From assembly GCA_031414955.1 (NCBI GenBank), contig JANOQV010000271.1, positions 1-22,747 of the forward strand: DNA of 22,747 nucleotides, given 5' to 3'. The position numbers and the translations under genes were made by a program. Below, piece after piece: positions 8,964 through 16,678 of the stretch (position 1 is its first letter; the number at the start of each line of letters is the position of its first letter). The notes beneath the pieces were generated by a model. That model had not been told where the DNA came from, did no database searches, and worked only from the letters and a program-made list of their open reading frames with translations. Source of the stretch: Pedosphaera sp. (GTDB taxonomy: Bacteria > Verrucomicrobiota > Verrucomicrobiia > Limisphaerales > SIBH01).

Positions 8964-10076
8964 TTAGACCTCGCCCAGCACCAACCGTCGGAACACCACC
9001 ACGATGTCCTTGCCGGCCCAGATCCAGAGGACGGCCGCAGCGGCGATGTAGGGGCCGTAGGGAATGGGCGCGGATCGTTTGTGCCGCTGGAGCAGGATCA
9101 ACGCACCCCCGACCAGTGCGCCGATGAACGAACTGACGACGAGTGAGAACAAGGTGGCCTGCCAGCCGAGAAAAGCACCAATCGCCGCCATGAATTTCAC
9201 ATCACCGAAACCCATGGCCTCGCGCGGCAGCACCATCTTGTCCGTCACCGCCTCCATGTAGAGGTTCTGTTCGGGTTCAAACTCCTGTTCGCCAATCTTC
9301 AGCTTCAACGGACTGAGGGCGACGGCGACATTCGTGTAGCAACGATCCGCAAGTTCCAGGCGCAACGCCTGAAAGCGAATCGCATCCGTCTTGCGATAGA
9401 AAATGTCCTCGTAGGCGATCTCGCGATCCGGCAGCACCATCCCCGTGTCGCCGAAAAAAACTTTAGTTTCGCCGCCGAGGGCCAGTTTCATGCGGCCGAA
9501 GGCCAGCTTGCCGAGCTGCCGCACTGCTTCGACGATCAATCCCCCCACCACGATACCGAGGAGACTCAAACCCATGCTCTTCCAACGGCTGCCGGAGGCA
9601 TCGTGCAGGCTGGGCACGGCGAACGAACAAAGAAAACCCAGCACCGCCCCACCGATGGTGATTTCATCCGGGATGATGAAGTGGGCGAGGTCGATGAAGG
9701 TGGCGACGATCAGCCCGGCCATGACGATGCAATAGGCGAGCGCCAAGGCGGTGGAGGTGGCACCGTAATTCAGCCAGCAGGACAGGAACATCAGCCCGGT
9801 GAGCAGCTCCACCAGAAGATAGCGGACGGAAATGGGCGCGCGGCAGTTGGCGCATTGCCCGCGAAGCATCAGCCAGGTGACCAGCGGCACGTTGAGGTAA
9901 AACGGTATGGAATAATTACAATGCGGGCAGTGCGAGGGCGGCGAGATGACGCTCTGGCCGATGGGCATGCGATGGATGCAGACGTTGAGGAAGCTGCCCA
10001 CCATGCAGCCGAGCCAGAGGATGACGACCGACCAGAAGTGAAAGGGCACCTTGGCCCAAATCTCGGGGTCAAACAT
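8964..10076 (-). CDS. pilD: Prepilin peptidase / N-methyltransferase (A24)
   Basis: GSFLNVCIHRMP, Zn pairs CPHC and CANC, catalytic FID...IIPD and MGFGDVK, IPYGPYI, multiple TM helices. Confidence 0.93.
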   Translation of the reverse strand: MFDPEIWAKVPFHFWSVVILWLGCMVGSFLNVCIHRMPIGQSVISPPSHCPHCNYSIPFYLNVPLVTWLMLRGQCANCRAPISVRYLLVELLTGLMFLSCWLNYGATSTALALAYCIVMAGLIVATFIDLAHFIIPDEITIGGAVLGFLCSFAVPSLHDASGSRWKSMGLSLLGIVVGGLIVEAVRQLGKLAFGRMKLALGGETKVFFGDTGMVLPDREIAYEDIFYRKTDAIRFQALRLELADRCYTNVAVALSPLKLKIGEQEFEPEQNLYMEAVTDKMVLPREAMGFGDVKFMAAIGAFLGWQATLFSLVVSSFIGALVGGALILLQRHKRSAPIPYGPYIAAAAVLWIWAGKDIVVVFRRLVLGEV

Positions 10077-10089
10077 GAGCGGGGATTGG

Positions 10090-10199
10090 GTCCAAGGTCC
10101 AAGGTCCAGGGTCCAAGGTCATAGAAGCACGCGCGTCCACGAGTCCGACCTTGGACTCTCGCTCGCGATTCATCGGAGTTGGACTTTGGACTTTGGACC
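10090..10199. repeat. Inverted arrays of 7-bp tandem repeats
   Basis: GTCCAAG x4 with one variant (10090-10117) faces TTGGACT/C x3 (10179-10199). Central hairpin gagtcc-N6-ggactc at 10141-10158. Confidence 0.8.
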
Positions 10200-11119
10200 T
10201 ATTTGCCATGGACATTTTCCTCCAGCGCGCGCCGCATCACCTCGATGGGCGCGGTTTGGCCGCTCCAGATTTCCAGCGCCTTCGCGCCTTGATGGAGCAA
10301 CATGCCGAGGCCATTGGCGGCGCGGCAGCCCTCCTCGCGGGCCGCGCGCAGCAACGGTGTTTCCGCCGGGCGATAAATCATGTCGTAAACGGCATCCACG
10401 TTCCGCAACGGGAAAGCCCCCCCATCCAGCGGCAAAGCGTCACCGGACTTGAGGCCCAGCGAGGTGGCGTTCAGCAGCAGTTCGACCTCGTGCTTCGGGT
10501 AGCCGATGGAAACCTCCACCTCGGGAAACATTCGCCGGACGTCGCGCGCCACTTCCTCGGCCTTGCTCGCCGTCCGGTTGATGAGATGCAGCTCGGCGAC
10601 ATTTTCTTCCGCGAGCTTCAAGGCTGCGGCCCTCCCTGCCCCGCCCGCTCCCAGCAGCACGACCCGCGCGCCGCGCAGTTCCAGCTTCAAGTCCTCACGA
10701 ATGGAGCGCGCGATGGCGTCGGCATCGGTGTTAAAACCGTGGCTGCGAATCTCATCCGGCACGGTGTCGAAACACCGCAATGGCTGCCAGGTTCCGGCCT
10801 CATCCTTTGCCTCGAAGCGAATCGTGTTCACCGCGCCCCACTTGCGCGCCGAGGCGTCCAGCACATCGACCATCTCGAGCGCGAGGAGCTTATGCGGCAC
10901 AGTGAGGTTCAGCCCGAGGAAGCGCATCGCCTTGGCTCCAGCAATGGCGCTGCGCAAATTGTCGGGATGCACGTCGAAGGCAAGATAACGCCAGTCCAGA
11001 CCCAGCGCCGCGATCCCGGCGTTCTGCATCGCCGGGGAAGCCGAGTGCTTCACGGGATGGCCATAGACCGCGCAGTAGCGCGTGGCAGCGGAGATGGGTT
11101 GAGCAAACAGCTCGGGCAC
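10199..11119 (-). CDS. aroE: Shikimate dehydrogenase
   Basis: GHPVKHSASP, GLNLTVPHK, GAVNT, NTD, LGAGGAGRA, NRT, NATSLG, DMIYRP, GLGMLLHQG. Start moved to the GTG at 11119 because the longer ORF runs into a REP palindrome. Confidence 0.93.
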   Translation of the reverse strand: MPELFAQPISAATRYCAVYGHPVKHSASPAMQNAGIAALGLDWRYLAFDVHPDNLRSAIAGAKAMRFLGLNLTVPHKLLALEMVDVLDASARKWGAVNTIRFEAKDEAGTWQPLRCFDTVPDEIRSHGFNTDADAIARSIREDLKLELRGARVVLLGAGGAGRAAALKLAEENVAELHLINRTASKAEEVARDVRRMFPEVEVSIGYPKHEVELLLNATSLGLKSGDALPLDGGAFPLRNVDAVYDMIYRPAETPLLRAAREEGCRAANGLGMLLHQGAKALEIWSGQTAPIEVMRRALEENVHGK

Positions 11120-11165
11120 ACGGCGGTTTATAGGAGGGCAGGATGCAGGTTCGCGAGCCAAATAA

Positions 11166-11259
11166 CGTGCCCCCGGCGTCCCGCCGGGTGGAGGTCTGCT
11201 CAATTAAGAGGAGTCGCCGACAACTCCAAGTCCAAGCCTGGCGAGACGCCGGGGGCACG
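11166..11259. repeat. 23-bp REP-like inverted repeat pair
   Basis: cgtgcccccggcgtcccgccggg (11166-11188) versus the reverse complement of 11237-11259, with 2 mismatches. Starts 1 nt after the WD40 gene stop. Confidence 0.75.
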
Positions 11260-11260
11260 C

Positions 11261-13300
11261 TCAGAGCTTCGCCTGCCTACTGGAAGGCGCGGACTCGGCA
11301 GCGGCGGACTTCAGCTTCTCATAATCACCGGAGAGCTTCTGGAGTTCCTTTTCTTCCTTGGCAATCTGCTTGGCCAGTTTCTCGGCGGCGGATTTGTCGG
11401 CCTTGCTCCCGCTGGCCGTCAGCTTCTCCTGCTCGCGCTTCTTGGCCGCAATGGACTCCTTCGCGTTGTAAACACCGGCGTAAACCTGCGCGGCCTTGAG
11501 CTTCGCGAGGCGGGCCTTCAAAGCGGCGATTTCCTGAGCCGGATCCACTTTGACCTCGACGGGAACAGCGCCCTTGGACTTGCCCATCAGCGCGGTCTTG
11601 GCCTGAAACGCCGTGAGCGCGTTGGTGAGGGCCGTCCGGGCCTGCTCACGCGCCGCTTTTGCGATGGCGCGCTTCGCTTCCAACTCAGGAGTCCGGTTTT
11701 TCAAAACTTCAGCCTTGAGTCTGGCATCCTGCGCTTCCTTCGGCGCGAGGGCGATCCGCGCTTTCTCGACTGCGTTGCTGGCCTGGAGCCATTCCTTCAT
11801 TCCACCCGGACGCGGAGTCTCGACGGCGGCGGCGAGGGGCGCAGCTTCCGCCACGCCGCCCTCCAACTCCTTCAAGCGTTGCTGGGTCGCGGCCATCTGC
11901 TCCGCCATCGTCGGCGGATTCGCCGCCAGTTCACCAACCCACCTGCCGCTCGCGGCGTCCCACACAGTGATGGTTCCGGTCCAGTCGCTGGCCAGCACGC
12001 GCCCGCCATCGTGGCTGAACGTCGCGCGCACGGGCAGTTCGTTGGTAAGCTCGAAGGACTTGAGTTTGGTGCCATCCGCGCTCCAGGTCGTGATCTGGTT
12101 GTCGCGGCCGCACGTCACCACGCGCCCGTCGTGGGTGTAACTAATGGAGAGCACGCCGCTGGGATGCGGGTTCCAGGTCTTCACCTGCTTGCCCTCGTTC
12201 ATCTCCCAGACCTTCGCGCTGCCATCCTCGCTCACGGACGCGAGCACCTTCGAATCGGCCCTCCAACTCAGCGCGGTCACGCCGGTCTTGTGGCCGGCGA
12301 GATTGTGGATTTCAAGGCCGTTGTCGGAGTCCCAGATGACAACGCCGCCGTTGCGATCCGCCGTGGCCAGCCATTCACCGTTTGGACTGAACGCGGCGGC
12401 GGTCACCCAGTCGGTGTGCTTCTTCATCTTGAACAGCACCGAGCCATCCTTGGTGGAAAAGATTTTCACCATCCGGCTCGGTCCGCCGAAGACAATCTTT
12501 GACTGGTCGGGACTGAGATCAGCTCCCAAGGCGGAATCAAACTCCTGGCCCGAGCCGACGCTGATGATGCGCTCACCGGTCGTGATGTCGAAGACGCACA
12601 CACGCCCGGCCTGCGCCGCATGACCGCCGCCCACGATGACGAGCTTGCCGTTGCGGCTGAACTTCACGTCGTCAGGCTGGTAGATTCCCTGCTCATCCTT
12701 GAAGGGCAACACTCCGAGCAAATCGAGCGTGTCAGTGTTGTAGAGCGTTACTTGCTTCTGCCCGGCCACGGCAATGACCGGCGCCCATGGGCTGGCTGCG
12801 AGTCCAGTCACCGCCGTCATGCGCTTGACCGACACGGCCGGTTCCATGAGCAGGTCGCCGGGCATGGGCGGCGGACCATCGGGCCGTCCCACCGCGCCCG
12901 CGCCAATGGACATATCCACGGTGGGCTTCCCGACGATGGCTTTGCTGCCGAGCGTTTCCAACAGGCCGCCGGCGATCCATTTCTTGAAGACCGCGATCTC
13001 CTTGTCCGCCATCTTGCTACGGTTGGGCGGCATGGTCGGCTCCTCGGCATGGGTGATGACCTTGACCAGCTTGCTGGCCTCCGCGTCGCCGGGCACGACG
13101 ACCTTGCCGGAAGCACCGCCCGCGAGCGCCGCCGCGTAGCTGGTCAGGTCGAGGTCGCCCTTCTTCTTGTCACCGTTGTGGCATTTGGCGCAATCCGCCT
13201 CGACGAGGGGCAGGATGTGATCCTGAAAGGTGACTTTTTCCTGGGCTAAGTTGGTGTTCACCAACACCAGAAAACAAATTGAGGCAAATATTCGCATCAT
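11261..13300 (-). CDS. Planctomycete-type cytochrome c (PSCyt1) + WD40 propeller + coiled-coil protein
   Basis: Signal peptide, VTFQDHILP..CAKCH..GDLDL..VVPGD..MPP..WI..G, WD repeats (HTDWVTAAAFSPNG..VIWD, GHKTGVTALSW..KVWE), Ala/Lys/Glu-rich tail. Confidence 0.9.
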   Translation of the reverse strand: MMRIFASICFLVLVNTNLAQEKVTFQDHILPLVEADCAKCHNGDKKKGDLDLTSYAAALAGGASGKVVVPGDAEASKLVKVITHAEEPTMPPNRSKMADKEIAVFKKWIAGGLLETLGSKAIVGKPTVDMSIGAGAVGRPDGPPPMPGDLLMEPAVSVKRMTAVTGLAASPWAPVIAVAGQKQVTLYNTDTLDLLGVLPFKDEQGIYQPDDVKFSRNGKLVIVGGGHAAQAGRVCVFDITTGERIISVGSGQEFDSALGADLSPDQSKIVFGGPSRMVKIFSTKDGSVLFKMKKHTDWVTAAAFSPNGEWLATADRNGGVVIWDSDNGLEIHNLAGHKTGVTALSWRADSKVLASVSEDGSAKVWEMNEGKQVKTWNPHPSGVLSISYTHDGRVVTCGRDNQITTWSADGTKLKSFELTNELPVRATFSHDGGRVLASDWTGTITVWDAASGRWVGELAANPPTMAEQMAATQQRLKELEGGVAEAAPLAAAVETPRPGGMKEWLQASNAVEKARIALAPKEAQDARLKAEVLKNRTPELEAKRAIAKAAREQARTALTNALTAFQAKTALMGKSKGAVPVEVKVDPAQEIAALKARLAKLKAAQVYAGVYNAKESIAAKKREQEKLTASGSKADKSAAEKLAKQIAKEEKELQKLSGDYEKLKSAAAESAPSSRQAKL

Positions 13301-13479
13301 GGTTTTTGCTCCTCACGGAAAACAGCGGGCCGGGCGCTGCGTCGCTCCATCTCCTCGGCGTAGATGCGGCGATAAAGCGCTCCGAGTTTGTGAGGGTCGT
13401 GATCGCACTCCTGCGCGATTTTCTGGCGAATTTCGCGCAACCAACCCAGGCCATCGTCATGTTTTATCTCTCGCTTCAT
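13297..13479 (-). CDS. Small helical protein, probable antitoxin partner of the PIN protein
   Basis: 60 aa, WLREIRQKIAQECDHDPHKLGALYRR. ATGA overlaps with both neighbours. Confidence 0.65.
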   Translation of the reverse strand: MKREIKHDDGLGWLREIRQKIAQECDHDPHKLGALYRRIYAEEMERRSARPAVFREEQKP

Positions 13480-13946
13480 CGATCGAGCAGTTCCAACGGG
13501 GTCAGCAAGGTCGGCGTCTTCAAACCCAGATGATCATTGACGCTGCGAATGTGCCGCAGTTTCCGACCGTTGGCCAGATGCTTGCAGTTCCAGGTGAGCA
13601 GCCATTCGCAGGCGTAATAGGATGCGAAGGCGAGATGGGCCGCATCCCCGGAAGCGTCCGCCGGCATGAGCTTGTGCGCCAGATATTGGGAGATGATTTC
13701 ATCCACCGCCGGCACGGGTTCAAGCAGGCGCACTTCTTCCAACATTTCCAAAGCCCGTTCCCTCTTGGGCACTGGAGTTTGCCGCAGTTCCTGAAGCACG
13801 GGTGGTGCGGTCACAAGCTCGAAGTCCGAACGGCATTCATCCCACCATTCGCGGGTCCAGTCGCGCCGGCTGATGATCCCGGCTGTGGTTCTCGTCTCGT
13901 GGTAGAAACTTGGAATGGTGGTTTCCACGTATAGAAGCCCTTCCAC
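13476..13946 (-). CDS. PIN-domain (VapC-like) nuclease/toxin
   Basis: YVETTIPS, TREWW, VLQEL, DAAHLAFA, LLTWNCKHLAN, TPLEL. The acidic PIN residues are present. Confidence 0.85.
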   Translation of the reverse strand: MEGLLYVETTIPSFYHETRTTAGIISRRDWTREWWDECRSDFELVTAPPVLQELRQTPVPKRERALEMLEEVRLLEPVPAVDEIISQYLAHKLMPADASGDAAHLAFASYYACEWLLTWNCKHLANGRKLRHIRSVNDHLGLKTPTLLTPLELLDR

Positions 13947-13950
13947 AAAC

Positions 13951-16677
13951 TCAGTGGTTGAAAATAAACTCCTTCGAGTTCAGCAAGGCCCAGAAAATAT
14001 CCGTGAGCACCTGCTCCTCGTTCTTGCCGCCGCCGAAGTAGCCCTTCAGCTTCGCCATCTCCTTCTCCGTCGGCGGGCGCGAGAGACAGCGCACGTAAAG
14101 TTCCTTGATGACCTCCGTCGTGTCCTTGTTATTCTGGGCGAGCTGCTTCTTGACCACGCCGCCGCTGGTAATCTTGCCCTGGGTCGAGTCGCCATTCAGC
14201 AGGTGGAGCGCCTGCGACAGGTTCGGCTCGGTGCGGACCTCGCAGGAGCAGGGCGTGGTGCGGGTCGCGCGGCCGAAGGTGGTGAGGAAATAATTGTTCA
14301 CGGCCCCATCCGCGATTTCCACGGCCCGCGCGCCCCGGGCCAGCCCCTGGAATTTGTCCGTGTTCTCGGTGACGCCGTTGATCACATCCAGCAGCACCTC
14401 GGCGCGCATCCGGCGGATGCTGGCATGGGAGAAATTCCGATCGTCGAGCGCGTTACTCTCGTTGGGGCGGGTCGAGAGCTGATAGGTGCGGGAGTTGCAA
14501 ATGTCGCGCACCAGCTTTTTGAAATCGTATTTGTAATCCATGAACTTGCCGCCCAGAGCTTCGAGCAGTTCCGGATTGATGGCCGGGTTGCTGATGCGCA
14601 CGTCGTCCACCGGTTCGATGATGCCCTTCCCGATGAAGTGCGCCCAGACGATGTTGGCCATGTTCTTGGCAAAGTAAGGGTTGTTGGTCGAGGCCAGCCA
14701 GTTCGCCAGCACCTCGCGGCGATCCTCGCCCTGCTGGATCTCCGGCCGGTCGCCGCCGAGGAACTTGGGGGCCATGTTCTTCTTCGTGATCGGGTGCTGC
14801 ACTTCGCCGCTGGCCTTGGCGTAAATGATGGTCTCGCGCGGATCGTCGCCCTGCTTGCGCGTCACCTGCGGAAAGAACGCGGCGAAGCTGTAGTAGTCGT
14901 TCATCGTCCAGCGGTCGAAGGGATGGTTGTGGCACTGCGCGCACTGGATGCGCATGCCCATGAAGACCTGGGCCGCATTCTCCGTGGTCTTGAGCGTGTC
15001 GCGCTCGATCTGGAAATAGCTGGAGGCCGGGTTCTGGAAATTGCTGCCCTCGGCGGTGAGGATGCTTTTGACGATCTGATCGATGGGCTTGTTCTGCACG
15101 AACTGGTCCTGGAGCCAGTTGTAGTAGAGCAGCGCCGCCTTGTAGCTGAAATTGTTGTTGTCCGAGCGAATCTGGAGCAGTTCGGCGAACTTCATCACCC
15201 ACAGGTCGGCGAATTCCTTGCGGTCGAGCAGCTTGTCGATCAGATCGGCGCGCTTGCCTGCGCTCATGTTGTCCACGAAATCGCGCACCTCGCCGGACTT
15301 CGGCAGCGTGCCCGTGATGTCGATGTAAGCCCGGCGGATATAGGTGGCGTCGTCGCACAGTTCGCTCGGGGTGATGCGCAGCTTCTTCAGCTTTGTGTTC
15401 ACCAGCCCGTCGATGTAGTTGTTCTCCGGCGTCTCGGGGAAACTGAACTTCAAGTTCTTCGGCACCACGAGCATCTGAGCTCCGACCGTGTGGGTCTCGA
15501 AGCGCGCCGTCACGTAAGCCTCGCCGCGCTGCCCCGCCTTCACCACGCCGTCCTCGGAAACCTTCGCCACCGGATCGTTGTTGCTGAAAAACGCCGCCAG
15601 CGTCGTCACGTCGCGATCGGTACCGTCGGAATAAGTCGCGCGCACCATCACGCGCTGGGTGGAGTTGCTGCCGTCCAGCACCGCCTGCTTCGGGAGCATC
15701 TCCACGCTCACGACCTTGGGGAGGTTGGTGCCGTCTTTGGGCACACCGGCTTCGAGCCAGCGCATCAGGGTCTGGTTCAACTCGCTGTCCGCCTTGAAAC
15801 GCTCACCGCCGCCGTGCGGCACTTTGCCCAGTCCCTTCTCGATCATCAAACTCTCGGCGGGCAGCGCCAGGTTGATGCGGCGTCCGACGGTCTGCCGGGT
15901 GATGCGAAAATAGTCGCCCTCGGGATCGTAGCCGAAGAGCGAGAGGGCGAAGCCGTCCTTGCCGCGCGAAGAACCGTGGCAACTGCCGGAGTTGCAGCCC
16001 GCCTTCATGAACACCGGCATGACGTCGAGATTGAAACTGATCGGACGCTCCACTTTGGCCTGCGCCACCGTCACCGACAGCGTGACTTGCTTGCCACCGT
16101 ATTTTACCTGCAAGTCGGTCTTGCCATCGGCCAGCGGGGTGACCATCCCCTTCTCCACCCGGGCCAGCGTCTTGTTCCCCAGCAGGAAGTCGGCGTCGCC
16201 AGTCACGTCCCGCGTCAGGCCATCGGCATAAACCGCCTGCACCACGACCGACTGACGGTCACCCTTGGTGGTGAGATTGACGTTGGTGGGATAGACCCGC
16301 AGATCGGAAGGCGCCGGGCCGGTCCAGGCGGAGAGAACATTCAGGCCCGAGCCGCCCTGGCCGCGGAAAATGAAGAACGCCGCGGCGGCGACACCAATCA
16401 ACACGAACCCGGCGGCCAAGGCCAGAACCGGCACTCCCCGGCGCGGCTTGGGGCTGGCCGCCCCCGGAGCAAGAACCGTCGGAATCGCCGGAGCCGGACT
16501 AGAGATCGTCGGAGCTGTCAACGGCGGCACGGCGGGAACAGCCAGTTCCGGAGCCACGGCGGCGACCGGCGCAGGAATCGTGATGCTGTTCGCGCAAACC
16601 GGACAGGTGATCTGATGTCCGACCAACTCTGGTTCGGCCGACAACCGCTGACTGCAATGGGGGCACTCGAACTTCAT
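13951..16677 (-). CDS. DUF1549/DUF1553 (PSCyt2/PSD1) protein with two Ig-like repeats and an N-terminal Zn-ribbon/TM anchor
   Basis: CPHC..CPVC, Pro-rich linker and TM helix. Repeats YADGLTRDVT and YSDGTDRDVT. GCNSGSCHG, NYIDGLV, IRRAYIDITGTLP, IQCAQCHNHPFDRW, NPYFAKNMAN, WALLNSKEFIFNH. Confidence 0.9.
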   Translation of the reverse strand: MKFECPHCSQRLSAEPELVGHQITCPVCANSITIPAPVAAVAPELAVPAVPPLTAPTISSPAPAIPTVLAPGAASPKPRRGVPVLALAAGFVLIGVAAAAFFIFRGQGGSGLNVLSAWTGPAPSDLRVYPTNVNLTTKGDRQSVVVQAVYADGLTRDVTGDADFLLGNKTLARVEKGMVTPLADGKTDLQVKYGGKQVTLSVTVAQAKVERPISFNLDVMPVFMKAGCNSGSCHGSSRGKDGFALSLFGYDPEGDYFRITRQTVGRRINLALPAESLMIEKGLGKVPHGGGERFKADSELNQTLMRWLEAGVPKDGTNLPKVVSVEMLPKQAVLDGSNSTQRVMVRATYSDGTDRDVTTLAAFFSNNDPVAKVSEDGVVKAGQRGEAYVTARFETHTVGAQMLVVPKNLKFSFPETPENNYIDGLVNTKLKKLRITPSELCDDATYIRRAYIDITGTLPKSGEVRDFVDNMSAGKRADLIDKLLDRKEFADLWVMKFAELLQIRSDNNNFSYKAALLYYNWLQDQFVQNKPIDQIVKSILTAEGSNFQNPASSYFQIERDTLKTTENAAQVFMGMRIQCAQCHNHPFDRWTMNDYYSFAAFFPQVTRKQGDDPRETIIYAKASGEVQHPITKKNMAPKFLGGDRPEIQQGEDRREVLANWLASTNNPYFAKNMANIVWAHFIGKGIIEPVDDVRISNPAINPELLEALGGKFMDYKYDFKKLVRDICNSRTYQLSTRPNESNALDDRNFSHASIRRMRAEVLLDVINGVTENTDKFQGLARGARAVEIADGAVNNYFLTTFGRATRTTPCSCEVRTEPNLSQALHLLNGDSTQGKITSGGVVKKQLAQNNKDTTEVIKELYVRCLSRPPTEKEMAKLKGYFGGGKNEEQVLTDIFWALLNSKEFIFNH

Positions 16678-16678
16678 G

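Noticed and set aside
10090..10199. CRISPR array
   Set aside because: The repeats are 7-mers in tandem without unique spacers, and there are no cas genes.
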